Positions 23,336-37,087 are shown, numbered from the stretch's first letter. The stretch is DNA of 64,000 nucleotides from Ramazzottius varieornatus (GCA_001949185.1 BDGG01000007.1:569401-633400), one strand, 5' to 3'. Program-made: numbers and translations. The notes: generated from the sequence alone by a model not told the origin.

Positions 23336-26300
23336 ATGAAGTGGATGGACCCAAAGATGCAGAACTCTGCCTGTATGCCGTTCCGAATAACCGACGCTGT
23401 TTTCTTGCGGATCCTATTCTTCTTCTCACTGATAATCGACGCGAAAGTCACGGGTACATGGTCGAGGGAAGGACACAGTCCTGCTAGAGAAGACGGTAAG
23501 CGATCGATAAGTCTCATTGTAACTATGTCTGCTGCGGGAATGCATCTTTTGTTGTCCAGGCCAACCCGAAAAACGAAAACAGATTCAAAACTTTCCAGTG
23601 AGAGAAAATGGTTGACGTTTTGTGCGATCGTTGTAAATTTCCCTAGACCCTGACCTACATTTTCTGGAGTGAAGACCCACCTGCAATCGGAAAGAGGCGT
23701 TAATGGATAGCTTGATGACTTCTGATGGATGGGAGCCCACTGTTAGTTCTCTTGGGACCAAACTTAATACAAAAGGTTTCAGCGGGTGCGTGAGTAAACG
23801 TGCGTGAATGAAAATGTCCATCTATCCCAATTAGGCAGAGCGTTTCCTGACCCTGAAAGAAGGCAACAGCGTGTAATGTAACTGGCAATCGTGCCAAGGG
23901 GATGCTGTGAAGTGATGGCGCTTGGGGAATGTGCGCCGGAATGTGCCGGAATGTTGTGACGCTGTTCCTCGTAGTGTGAGGGCTGTTTGTGAACGAAATC
24001 CGACACCGTGATTCAGGCTAATTGGACTCACAAGTAACACTTGAAAGATAGGATAAGTCAAACTTACGACGAACCAAACGTAGGAAAGCGTCGTAATCTG
24101 TTCTTGTTCTCGCTCTTGTAGTCCAGGTTCAATCATATTACTGTAACATTATGGAAAAAACGTGTTAATTGCTTTGTCGATCGACCATAAACTTCTTCGT
24201 CTGTCAGATTCCATCTCTGCTGTAGTAACTCCTGATCCTGTTCAATTTGAAGCGGCAGCCTGATTTTTCCAGCAATTTAACGAAGACGGATGGTCCAACA
24301 AACTATCATGTGTCACAATTATTGTGTCAAAAGGGAGAAAACAATTCCCACGGTTTGAACCATGAACTTTCCCACAAAACGGTAGTTGCCGCTTGAAATC
24401 GAATCGTTCCGAAGCTTTTCCTCAACTTGACAAGCTCAAGAGCAAACTGGGTTAATTATACATTTTAGCGTATGAATGGGGCGGTGTGGAGGAGCACCCT
24501 GCTGCGTTACCAGTGGGGAACTCCAAATTATGGGCGTTGGAGGATGAGGAAGTGGTACCGCTGGAATGCCTGCCTCATGAGTTTCCCTGTGGTCAATTTC
24601 GCTGTATTGATCGCGTTCGGCTATGCGACACCAAAGTGGACTGTCCAGATCGCAGCGATGAAGACCCGGACACGTGTCGAGCACATACGTGTCCAGCTAC
24701 GCACTTCAAGTGTCATGATGGCTTCTGTGTGCCGATTGAACATATCTGCGATTACACGGCGGACTGTCCCGATGGATCAGACGAAGTGCAGTGCCGTAAG
24801 TTTGTCAACATTTTCACTCTAGTTTTTTCTACCGCACAATCGTCAAAAATAATTGTATCCTCTACACGTTGAACATTAACAGCTTCGACAACTTTATCCT
24901 CTGTTCGGTACGATATAGTTTACTGGGCTATAACTTAAAGTTCGAGCTGCTATTCGGGTTGTTTTTTCAAGTGCCGGTAATAAACTTTTAAGGACGAAGA
25001 TAGGATGCAGAAAATCTGTCAGAATTTTGTGTTTGGGTTTTGATAAGTAATTTGTTCCTTTCTCCACAGATTACAGGAAGTGCTGGCACGGCGAGTGGCA
25101 ATGTCGGAACCAACAGTGCATCAACGAGGTGTTTCTGTGTGATGGACAGAGTGATTGTAAGGATAACTCGGATGAATTCAACTGTACTGTTGAGAGTAAG
25201 TGAAAGCATCATCAATTTGCAATCTTGACACATATTTTGACTGCGCGTCGTTGTGCAAGATGCTCCGGTAATCGATGGGCTCGTCGCGTACGCCGAGCAG
25301 CCTAATCCGGCTAGATGGTGCCCAATCGCTCGTCAACATCTGTTTTGGGTTAACGATCTGGCTAACGAACGTGGGGGATAGCGAGCTTCCTAAATGACTG
25401 CAATTCCGCTCTTCATAGCCAAGGATAATTAACCATTATGACTTTATGTTTTGTAGATTTTATTACCTGCGATCATGACAAGCACGTCCATATTAGCCGG
25501 AAGTGTGATGGCAATGCTGACTGTAACGACCAAGTAAGTACCTTAGCTGGAATGCGCAGCTTCTGTACCACCCCTCCCCCTCGCTCAGATCCGTGGTTCG
25601 GAAAAAAAAGCGGTGACATTTTGAACGTCCCGATTGGGGACACTTTTCTCATGACAAGGCCGAAATTCAATCAATAAGCTTTCACTCAATCAATCCTCAG
25701 TACATATGACGAAATCAGATGGATAACTTATGGATGGTTCGTTTTCCTATGATATTTTTATGGGCAGCATAATGTAGGACGATCATGTGTGTGTGTGTGT
25801 GTGTGTGTGTTTCAGATGGACGAAACTGACTGTGGGCTCTGCAGAACCGCTCAGTTTCAATGCCCGAATGGTCGTTGCATCCCCCAAGCCCAGGTCTGCG
25901 ATTCTGTCTGCGACTGTCAACCTTCGTGCGGTGACGAGCGAGCCAACTGCGCGGACTACTATGAAGGTCTTCCAGGTCTCGCCGTCTGCCGGAAGCGGAA
26001 AAGCATTGCGTGTAACAAGAGCAACCGCTGCATTCGTCAAGGTATGGATTCAATTAGGTTCAAAGTACATATTTTATGTAGATATTCCACTCGGAAATCA
26101 GGACAGGAAGAACCAGTCCTACCAACAATATTCCCAATGCAAGAAAACGAGAAGTCACGAGCATGGCTTAATCGATTCAAATATATCCGGTTTTGCAGAG
26201 TTTATCTGCGACGGAAGTGATGATTGCCAGGATGGCGGGACGGATGAATTTCAATGCCACACTTCTCCTTCAGCTTCCGTCACTTTTTCGAATCTCTCTA

Positions 26301-29300
26301 CAGTCACCACCGGGTTCCGTTGTTCCGATGGCCGATACCTTCCTGTTCATACGAAGTGTGACCTACAACGACACTGTCTCCTCGGAGAGGACGAGCGAGT
26401 TTGCCGCCTTTCGCCTTGTTCAGCCAATCAATCAACTTGTCTCTCCGGCGAATGCATCGACTCGGCCCTTCTTTGTAACGGTGTACCCGACTGTCGGGAC
26501 AACAGCGACGAACTGAACTGCCTCGAATACGAATGCCCACCTGATAAATTTAAATGTGCGACATCCGGACAATGTGTCAATCAAGCCAAAGTCTGCGACT
26601 TCAACATCGACTGTACTCTCGACAGTTCTGATGAACCGGATAACTGTACATACAAGCATACACCTTGTGACATTTTAGAATTTCGTTGTGACAACGGCCA
26701 GTGTATCAGCAGCGAATACAGATGCCGTGTAAGCGTTGATTCGTTGAAACACGGTTGTCTGGACGAAAGCCACATCAAGGACTGCGGTGGTGTGCAGTGT
26801 GACGGTGTGCAGTGGTTGAAGTGTCGGAACGGACCATGTTACCACGTGTCATTGCAGTGTAACGGGCTGCCAGATTGTTACAAAGCGAGTCGGACCTGGA
26901 CGGACGAAGAGGGGTGTCCATTTCAGTGTGCGAGTGCGGCTAAATGTGTGTGCATGGACGTGACGATGGAGTGCCGGGACACGGGATTGACGGCGTTACC
27001 GGAGTATGTCGAGCCCAGTATCACCAAGTACCGTCTGTCCGGGAACAGACTGAACCATACGTTGAGTGTCAGATCGTTTGAAGGCTTGCATAGATTGACC
27101 TTGTTGGATTTGTCGGCGAATGACATTATGGAGCTACCGAACGGCCGACCGTTTGCGACGCTATGGCAGTTGAGAGTATTGGTGTTGCGGAAGAACGGGA
27201 TATCGAGGTTGAGGAAGGAGCTATTTTATGGACTAGCTAACGTGCGTGTCTTGGACTTGGCAGAAAACTACATTGAGGTAAGTCTCAAAGCGTTTCGTTT
27301 TTATCTATACACGCACCAAGGGCAAGTTTGGAACAGTAAAACGTTTGGAACAAGCGGTAGAGACGGCAAGGGGAGAATTCGACCGTAGAAAATTGTCAAA
27401 TTGTATATTGGTATAAATCGCACGCGTAAGTGCGGACTTCCGTTCCGCTGTTTTGGAATCGCCTGTTCCAAATGTTCTCTTTGTGCGTGTACCAAGGAAA
27501 CTCGTAGAAAATTATCAGATCATTGTCGTCGATGAATCCACAAGTATTGAAAAACAAACCAACACTACTGCAAAAAGTTATCGCGAATAACGGAAATCCC
27601 AGTGTAATTTTTCTATCGAGGATACCCATTATCTTATTTGTGGCGTAATAGATTGTGGAGGAACGAGCGTTCACCGGGTTGTCAAGTCTCCCCCAGCTGG
27701 ACCTCAGCCGTCAACTCATCTCCCACCTCCCAGCCGCCTCGTTCCTAGGGCTTCGCAGCCTTCTCTCCCTGAACCTGTCCGGCAACCCACTGCAATACTT
27801 CGACGTCGACACTTTTCTCGGTCTACCTCAACTCGTTACCCTCGACTTGTCTAGCAGTGTCCATTGGAACGCCGTTCGATTTACCGGCGAAGCCTTTCGG
27901 CACCTTCCCGCACTGACGCATCTCTACACTTCCGACGCAAGGCTCTGCTGCTCCATCGGAGGGAAAGTTCCCCATTGCTACCCAAAGCTCGACCACTTTT
28001 CGTCGTGCTCCGACTTAATGTCCAACAGGATACTGAGAACGTCCATATGGCTGATGGGGACCATTGCAGTAGTGGCCAACGCCGTGGTGATCGTCTGGCG
28101 GTTGCCTGGTGTGAGACGATCGAGGATACATGCTTTCCTGATAATCAATCTGGCTGTTGGGGATATTATCATGGGCGTGTACCTGCTGATTATTGCTGGG
28201 GCGGACTTGCATTACCGCGGGACGTATATTTTCTACTATGACGTGTGGAAAAGTAGTGGGTGGTGCAAAGCTGCAGGTGTCTTCTCGACTGTGTCCAGGT
28301 GAGATTCAAGCACTAATTTCCAGGTAGTGATGAACGACTTTAGGGCCGTGAAATTTTTTCCACTGTGATCTGAAGATGGTTATAACAAATTCGACGTGAG
28401 ATACTGATGCAAGGCCATTCCCTTTCTCAACGAATTGTCACTCCCTTCACTGATACAGTACTTCAGATCGGGTCATGAGTGCAATGGTCTGCTCCGGTTT
28501 TCAGCGAACTGAGCATATTCACCCTTCTTCTCATTACACTGGACCGACTACTGACCATACTTCTTCCATTCCACATCGACCTTCGTCTAAGCTACGCCTC
28601 CGCTCGCATCGCGGTCCTTCTCCTATGGATATCCGTCTGGACTATCGCCTTGATACCTCTCTTGCCGCTGCCATATTTCCAAAACTTCTACGGACGATCG
28701 GGCGTCTGTCTGGCTTTGCATATTACACCTGACCGCTCACCCGGTTGGGAATACGCCGTCTTCATCTTCCTTGGTCTCAACATGCTGGCATGTGTCCTGA
28801 TCATTCTGTCGTATGCCGGCATGTACGGTGTGGCTTTGAGAACTCATCGAGCTGTAGAACCTAGTCCGCAAAAAAGCCGCCAAGAAGCTCGGCTAGCCAG
28901 AAGGATGGTTCTCATCGTACTGACCAGTCTTGCCTGTTACCTACCGCTGTCCATTATGAGCCTACTTGCCTTGGCTGGAGTCTCCATGCCAGAAGAAGTA
29001 TCGCCCAGACCATCGCTACAGATAAAATGTAAAAACTGAAATTTACTGCGTGAATTGCAGGTTTACTCGTGGGTCGCCGTTTTCATGTTACCGGTGAACG
29101 CAGCACTGAATCCATTGCTGTACACCATGTCCACACGACCCTTCAAGCGGCACATCCAGACCAGTATTACCGACAGGGCAGCGCACTTGCGCGAGTCCCT
29201 GCTGGCTTCCATGAGCTCCAGCTCCCGCCGACGGCGCTCTTCGGCGTCGACCACTTCGGGGAGTGGCCAAGCGGTAAGTAAAGGAAACTCACTTATTCCC

Positions 29301-29408
29301 CATAGTTCCAATCACTTCTCAGAATCAGTGTTTTCGAACTTGCATCTCTTCCAGAAGAACAAGCGTGCTCTCAGCTTAAAACGAGAAGACGTCTTACCCG
29401 AAGAATAG
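23336..29408 (+). CDS. GRL101-like leucine-rich-repeat GPCR (about 11 LDLa repeats, LRRs, 7TM; LGR type C)
   Basis: Phase-consistent exons: 23336-23495 (signal; exact ATG uncertain), 24469-24795, 25070-25195, 25457-25533, 25816-26041, 26199-27277, 27652-28298, 28505-28997, 29061-29273, 29355-29408. LDLa DCxDxSDE repeats, LxxLDLSxN LRRs, FSSCSDLM hinge, [29 protein letters not shown]. Confidence 0.92.
25786..25810 (+). repeat. (TG)12 microsatellite abutting a splice acceptor
   Basis: tg repeat followed directly by tttcag|ATGGAC at 25816. Confidence 0.95.
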
Positions 29409-29589
29409 TTCCCCTGCTGTAAGCATTGCGCACAAGTTGAATTTTCCTACCAGAAATTTGGACGTATCCTCACGAATAAGCTTTTGAGTCTTTCATGCTT
29501 TGTTTTGCTCTAGCTTTCTTAAACTAACGTTCAGAAATCTTTCTCCAGACCTATTCAAGTGTTGTGTCGTACAAAAGAACAATTGAATC

Positions 29590-32500
29590 TCATGCGACGC
29601 GAGTCAGTTTGCGTTTGGTGTGGGGTGAGTACAAGAAAACAGGCACGTTGGTACGCTGCGAAGTCTGCGGATGGAGCTGCTCGCGAGGGTTACTCGAACT
29701 CTCACTCGACCTATACACGGCAGTGCGACGGTGCGTGGACGGACTGGCGCTTCGTGTGCGCTGGACATCGACACTGGGTCGCCGGACTGAAGTCCTGGAC
29801 GGCCGGCGATTATGCCCATGATTATGGATGTGGTTGTGGTGACTTGGACGAGGTAAAGTGTTGTAGGTATACGAGCCATTGCGGGGGTTCCTCGACCAGT
29901 CGCTATGATGTGAGTCGTTGCTGATCAGACGAGAACCGGGAATGTTGCGCATGTCGGGGCTTTCGACGCGCTGGACGAAATAGCCTTGTTCTTCTTCTTT
30001 GCTCCTGGCGAACATCTCGTCCACGGTGCACCCGTACCTGCAAAGCATCAACTCTCATATTATGTTAAGCCAGTCAATTTTCCTGCGCCACCGGCTGTCT
30101 ACAGCCTGAGGCGGCCAAGTGACTACCACTTGATCAAAGCGCTATAAAAATCAGTTTACGTCTTATCGTCCGCTCCTCCACACATCTCAAAGAACTTTTC
30201 ATGCTATTTCCACTGAAATAAGGCAGTTTCACATCGGTTGGGACATAGTCTGAGAAAGTTGATCGGCGTGACTCCCGGAGGGGAAAATACCTTTTCATGA
30301 CCAAAACCTTACTTTTAAGATTCCGTATTCGGCTATGAAGCCCCAGCTTGATCTTAACGCACGTGAGACTATGAAGCTTGTAGTTTAAAACCAAATAATA
30401 CCACGAAATAGCCAAACCAACTTGGCAAGAAAATCAAAACTGTTCAATTTGGCTATTTTGCTGGGAAATCCCTCTTTGCGGCAAAAATTGTTGCTCTTGC
30501 CTCAAACGGTAGATTCATGCTTCCGACAATTTTCCATGTGGCCAGGTCCTTGTTCTCTTTTTTTGAATAAGATCACCGCACGCCGTCAACTGTAAACTCA
30601 AAAATGGATTTTGGAAATGGACTCCGAAAACCACGAAAGTTGTTTGCAGTTTCCACTGTTCACCATGCCTGGTTTCACGCCGATTTCGACTTCCACTGGG
30701 CAGATTTCTAACCAGTTATCTTTTAGAAGGTTGCAAAAAGAATTCTAGACCAAAGATAATCAGTTTCGAAGTTGCGCAAAAACCCGGTCGAAGATGCTCT
30801 GATTTTATAGGTGGTAGTCACTTGGCCGCCTCGGGCTGTATAACAGTAATTGTACGTATTTAGTTTCAGTCCAAGACTATAAAATATCAGGTTTTAGAAC
30901 AGTTTTAGTTTTTGTCCTGGTACTAGAATGAATCAACAGTCTAGTCCCTCGGACTGAAACTGAAAACACAAAGACTGATTCGCCCAGGCAGAAACTAAAA
31001 CTAGAGCGAGAAGGTACCGAAACTTTCGTGTGGAAACTGAAACTGAACACAACGCGGATCCATAGTCCAGGTGAAAATTCGACAATTATGTCTTGCGATG
31101 AGCTGGAATCATGCATTTTTCCTATTATACAGTATATCATATCGTCGTAACTTAACCTGAAGGAAATGTCAGAAAAGCTGCTGTGGTGAGCTTTCAGCTT
31201 TACCCTAGTCAGACTCCACAGTGCTTTCCATACGAAGGATATAATCATCAGTTTCGGTCTATTTACCACAAACTATGAGGAAAAAGTTTACCTACCCGAA
31301 TACTCCATCGTTGGCGACTGCTTTCTCCACAGGCGCCGGTGCGAAATACCTTCGCGGTTGAGCAATCTGTTTCTCGTTGCAAGTCAGATAAATAGCCACG
31401 CCCAGTACGCCAATAATGATCACACTGACCACCACGCTAATAATTACACTCTGCAACGTGGTCTTCTTCCAGCTGAAAGCCGGCTCGCAGTCAGCTTCAT
31501 CAGCCTTGGTTATATTGCTGGGACAGTTTATCCGTTTATCACAGCGCAAATGGGCAGGTATACAGTATCCATCTCCGCAGTCGAACTCTGTTTTCATATC
31601 GCACGGTACTTTGATCGCTGTCAAAATTTAAAGTTCAATCAATCGTGAACATAAGGCGGAAACAGAGGATAAACTTACATGGTCGTAAGGCAGTGAAATA
31701 GCCATTAAAGTTATTTTCATTCAGCATGGTTGGATCGCTCATAAAGCGAAGATAAGCGCGTGATGAATCGACGCGTAATTCCTCGGCTGATCCACCGCAA
31801 TACTGCCGGATACGTGTGAGGACATCCAACGTACCCTGATGTACATCGATAAAGTCCATATCACAGTCCTTCTCGTTGACTAACTTTATCTCCGTGAAGC
31901 GAAGCATAATCTACATAGTAAGTGATACGGTTCAGTTCCAGCCAGAATAAAAAAAGCACATTTTTGATTGCCTTGATGAGGAAACGGGGTGATCACTGGC
32001 AAAAACGCTTGATGGGTTAGTTAACCGAATCACGACGTACTTGGCTACTGTTGTCAACGTTGATCTCGAATACGCAGTCCAGGGGGACTCCGTGAGCTTG
32101 AGCATCATTGATGAATCGCTTGGGAATGGACGAAGCATTGATGAGGCCCTCGTTACCCTCCAGATGGATATGACACTCTAGAAAAAAGAAACAATCAAGT
32201 GCACTCGCTCAGGCATCGCTCAGCCGACCTTGATGTTGATTCATGTCTGGTTCTCCACAACCATGAACGAATCGAAATTATCCAACGAGAAACTTGGTAG
32301 AAAAACGGCAAAACAGAAGTCGCAAAATTTTCGATTGTGCCAGCTTGTTGATGGTCAGGTCACGGGCGAACGGCCCTGACTAGATCGACACTTCGAAACC
32401 TACTGTGTTGGTTTTCATTGAATACTATTGTACAAACAGCAAATTATAACGAAGTTGTGTATGCGGACTACTAAAAAAACGAATCACCGCCACAAATATT

Positions 32501-34043
32501 AGCAGCGTACCATGATTCACGAATAATTCTTTATGAAAATTCCAAAAATATGTTTTTCCCGATTCGAAGTGTCGGTCTTTGGACTTTAAAATTTTGTAAG
32601 TTAACGATGACTTGCAGTTTCCTATTTTCATAAAAAGAGTGAATTTTAAGCTAAAATTTAGTTTTTTTCGACGCCCTACGTTTCCACAAGGACACAGGGC
32701 CGTTCGCCCCTGTTGATGGTTAATCGATTCACCTAAACTTAAGATTTGAATTCGCAATTTTTTGTATTATGTTTTCTAAAACTTGTATGTTTGGAGACCT
32801 CGATCGTGTTGACTGTCACTGTAGTAGCTCACATACCAGTGGCATTCCAGGCACGTTGTTTACTAGGAAAAGGCACGTTGCGGTAAATTGCATAAAAACC
32901 ATCCAGTTGAATGGCGTCGTCCGATTTGAAGCGTATCCGCATGTAGCGTGTGGTACTTCGGAGTTTCGGAGGGAATATCCGGCCACAGAAACGGCCTATT
33001 AGTGGCGAATAATTGTAAGGTCCGTCACGTACTTCCAGAAAGTCATACTGGCAAAAGCACTCAATAGGCTTCTTAAGCGGGAATGGACTGCGCAGCAGGT
33101 GGCAATCGCGACCTTCCACGTTGAAACGACCGCGAAATTCCAGCTCGATCACATGGTCCGCCGGGGCTGAAACAATTCGTAGAAACATTGTGGTAAAAAG
33201 TCGTAATACATGAATTCCCAGGCGTAAACGTTGCACTGAGCGAAAGCGAAACCGCGCCGAAGTCACTTAAAAAAATTGTCAAATTTGTGGTTTTGTTTTT
33301 CGAGTTTTTTGTCAAAGCCGAAAATACGGAAAGAATGTCCAAGTTAATGTGTCGGTTCTTCTCGTTACTTTGAGCAAGTCAGCTCTAGTTTGCTGTGACA
33401 GTTCAGAGCGTGGGTGGTTGTGTTAGGCGGGAAGCCGAGAACAGCAGCTGTTCTGTGATGAATGTTGATGACCAATTAGTATACTATTTCGGGTAAGCCG
33501 TCGAAGCAAATCGATTAGGTTGGTTGAGCAAAACGAAAAACGTGAAATATTTTCAGAAGAATTCAGAAGCAAACCAGCATACATGATTAAAGTTTCCATG
33601 TTCGTGACCAGGAAGTACATACCAGTGATTAGTTTGTGGCAGTCCGTGTTATTTGGATAGGGTTCCGGGTAGAGAGGAGAAAAATAATCGGCGGTTGAAA
33701 GGCTGGACGATGTGGCGGCACAGTAGTCAACTTTTTCTTTATCTTCTTTCTGACAGTCTCCTGTAAAAAATGGCTAAAGCGAAGCCCGTGTATTCTGGAA
33801 GAAAATTTTTTGTACACAAAATCGGTAGCCTCCTCATACGTTGTCAAAAAATTTGCCGAGAGTTATTACAGTAGAGTTGACCCATTTTTCAGCGTTTATA
33901 AACGTACCTCTCCTGAGACGTAACAAAAATAGAAAAATAAAGATAGTGGTACGTTTAGACGGAAAGTTGATTGAAGGTCCGATCCGGAAGGCAAACAGCG
34001 CTGCATAGCATTGTCGAATTATAAAGCATGTCGATTGCAGCAT
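29590..34043 (-). CDS. Neto: Neuropilin and tolloid-like (NETO/SOL-2-like) CUB-CUB-LDLa single-pass membrane protein
   Basis: Exons 34043-33908, 33760-33623, 33166-32837, 32177-32041, 31910-31679, 31617-31296, 30037-29590 join in frame. FSPLYPEPYPNNTDC, CQYDFLEVRDGPYNYSPLIGRFCG, second CUB (PLDCVF, CDMDFIDV, YCGGSA), LDLa FDCGDGYCIPAHLRCD, TM VIISVVVSVIIIGVLGVAIYL. First exon is less certain. Confidence 0.85.
30102..30838. mobile_element. Non-autonomous Tc1/mariner-type element in the last NETO intron
   Basis: 28-bp TIRs with one mismatch (cagcctgaggcggccaagtgactaccac / gtggtagtcacttggccgcctcgggctg), TA on both flanks (30100-30101, 30839-30840), no transposase ORF. Confidence 0.85.
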
Positions 34044-35661
34044 CACTTCCCGTATTGACTGAGAACCCACAGTTGACGACTACAAGTGCTTAAATCCTTG
34101 TCCACATCCAGCCTGTAGCGAGCAGTCCCTTTTCCCGTTACGCAAAGGCCGTGCACTACACTGGCAACCATTTGATCCAATTTGCCCGCACACAAAGGCG
34201 ACCGTCTGCTGCTGTTCACTCTGCACTAATCAGAGATCGAACATAGCCATAATAATTAGACGCTCATTTGTCGTCACATGAAGGAATTCGAGAGCCTTCT
34301 CCACATTGCAACATGTTTCGCTCAAAACGCCGTGACGGAAATATATTATAGACACAGTAGGCCGTCGCCGTAATGTTTACACTGCCGAAAGAGAAGAACG
34401 TCGAGAAGCAAGTCATTGAAGTCAAAGATATCTCCGTTGCCGCCGTCTTGAAGGCTTCCTGTCTTGTTCTTGCTTGCGGCAGCCGGCATGCAACGCAGTA
34501 GTGTTTCTTCGGGGGTAATTTTAACGTATGATTACGTGTTCCAAGACTGCCTTCTCCGCTTTATATTTCCGTCATGCCGGCTATGATCCGTCGACTTCAT
34601 CTGGAATTATAGTACAACAGTGGCGCAATGGACGAGACATACGCATCTCCTTGTTGTCAGCTTCATTTTGGATTATTGTCGCTTGATTCCTCCAACTGGG
34701 GATTAGCCAAAAGACAGTTGCCGCTGACTGAAGCATGACAGTTTTCATTACACGCTGAGCTGCACACAAACCACTAGGCCTTCCGCTCCGATTAGCCATC
34801 AAACCCAGCTATCTGCTTGTTGAACAGATAACCACAAAGAACCCAGTGAAGTAACGTACCGATCTCTTGATAGTTCATATCCCACCAAAACTTCCTCGTC
34901 CGCTCAAACACGGAACAAATTCTACAGCAAATTCCGACCAAAAAAACGTGGAAACGGGCCTGTTTCGAGGGATTTCATAGATGGTCAATGAAACACAAAC
35001 AAGATTTCCGAAGGCGCGAAAACTTGATGAGCAATCGCTTTCAACAATTTGTGAATACAAGAATCGGCTTCTCATATTCTTTCTATGAACCTAACCAGAA
35101 AAACCATCAAGTTGCATATACTAATTGGAACAGTTCTCCGCGGAAGCCCAGTTGAGAGAAAGGGATTAACGGCGATAAACGAAGCCACGCAACATAAAGC
35201 AACGAAGTCGCGGACGAAGCCGAGAGGCAGATAAGCCTCCCCTGCAGCTTGATGTGGGGCAATTGGATGGGAAGGGAACAGGCATGAGTGACGTCTGCTA
35301 ATGGCGTCCCAGTCTGGAGTGCACTACTTCGTGGGCAATATTAACTAGCCACATTAGTGGCAAGTGGAAAGTTGCCGCCAGACAGTTGGCTTCCCGTGGT
35401 TCCCGTACTCGACAATAGGCCTACGTCAATCATCTATCATATCCCACATTCGACAGGCTGTCATATCTGCATTGTGAATATTTCATAAGTTTGACACTGG
35501 ATTATGGATGTATTTCACACGTCCCAAAGACGATGGCAAAACCGGCGATTCGATACTCATATTCTAAACTATCGATATTATTAACCCTCGTTCTTCCAGT
35601 AAGAAGAATACAAATAAATAACATTTTTTCTGATAAAACAATATATATTCAACAGGGGAAA

Positions 35662-37087
35662 TTAGGCTTCGGTAGTATTCAACCACGTTTCATCGCTAAT
35701 CGAGAATAGCGAGCCTGCCGGCGATCTAGCGACGGTCTGTATGTTCATTGTAGATTGTGACGTGGAAGAAGGCAGAGGCTGTATTGTAGTTGTTGCGGCT
35801 ATCGACTCATGATCAGCGGGCTGCATCGTGTCGTGGAAAGCGCCACCTGTGTAGTCTGGAGCGTACCCTTGATTTTCGAAAGCAACTGTGGAGCTAGTTG
35901 CAGAGCTGTTCCCAAAACTAATGCGACCGCTACTGTAGACCAGCTTCTTGCTTTCCCATATCTTACGATAGTACTGGGCAATGATAAGGAAGATAACCAC
36001 CAGAACGACAGCGGCGATAAACATGAAGACGATACCAATCAACAGCTCAATACTTATCAACCGACCTACAACACGGAACGGTCACCACCCGTAAACAGGA
36101 AACGCATTGGATCAGTGGCATTCTTACACTCAGGATTCCATTGACTTCCCTGCAGCGTTGAAACTACGCGGGTGTTTGACATAGTAACGTTGTCGATCTC
36201 AGGGAAAGTTTCGTTCAACTGATGCGATGGACAAACCACGCGATCCGAGTCCTCCGACGCGTCACACATTTGTCTGCGTGGAACGAAACCGTTTAAGGTA
36301 GGACACCATAAATCGTCACCATTCTCCGAACCTTCAGAAGAATCATCTGTGTAAATTGGTATAAGCAAGTCCAGCATGAAATTGTCTGTACCGGTAAGGA
36401 CTACGAAGTCCATGACGAGCGGTCTGACGGAGTTTACCCTAGACGTGGAATTTGTTCTGTATGTTATAGTGAGAGCGGTGACTCGCATCTCCGCATTCAG
36501 GGAGAAGTCGTTGGTCAGGACTTGTTCGCAGGACGAGGGTAAGCCTTCGTTACACGTGGTGTTGTTGGACAGAGTCTTCACCCACAGAATCGAATCTAGA
36601 GGGGCTATGTTCGACGAATTAGGATGGTACCTGTGGTGCTCGTGAAAATCGACAACTTCATCTTCGAGTAAGTCGACTGACCTGCAAAGCAAAGCCTGCA
36701 TCAGTCGTTTTCTCGAGACAAATTGAGTTGAATGTTCGAACAGAAAGTTATACTTTACGTTGAAGTAAATGAAAGAGTGGCCAAATGATTCGCACGACGC
36801 ACTGTCGAGGACGATTTTCACTTGACAGCTGGTATCACTTGGACGTTTGTTAAATTCCATGGTTCCTACTCTTCCTGCTACACCAGTTTGACACGGTAGA
36901 ACGATCCGACGCTCAGCACAGTCGTCTCCCAGATTATCTGCAAAACACTTCGCCATGTTTCGAGAAAACTAAACTTGATATTCAGAGGAATAAACCCACA
37001 GTAAACGGGACGAACGCCCTCTACGGTCGGCTGAATAAAAGCAAGTGCACTGAGAAGAAGAAAATGGACCGAGTACGAAAACTCCAT
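35662..37087 (-). CDS. Single-pass membrane protein with degenerate CUB-like and LDLa-like ectodomain
   Basis: Signal peptide MEFSYSVHFLLLSALAFIQPTVEG. Short introns at ~37015-36969, 36753-36682, 36391-36347, 36127-36066. LWCPTLNGFVPRRQMCD...DRVVCP, TM LLIGIVFMFIAAVVLVVIFLIIA. Paralogous to the gene at 63176-64000. Confidence 0.75.

Noticed and set aside
25787-26198. N-terminal part of the 533-aa ORF (MCVCVCVC...)
   Set aside because: It comes from the TG microsatellite and intron read-through; the real exon 25816-26041 uses another frame.
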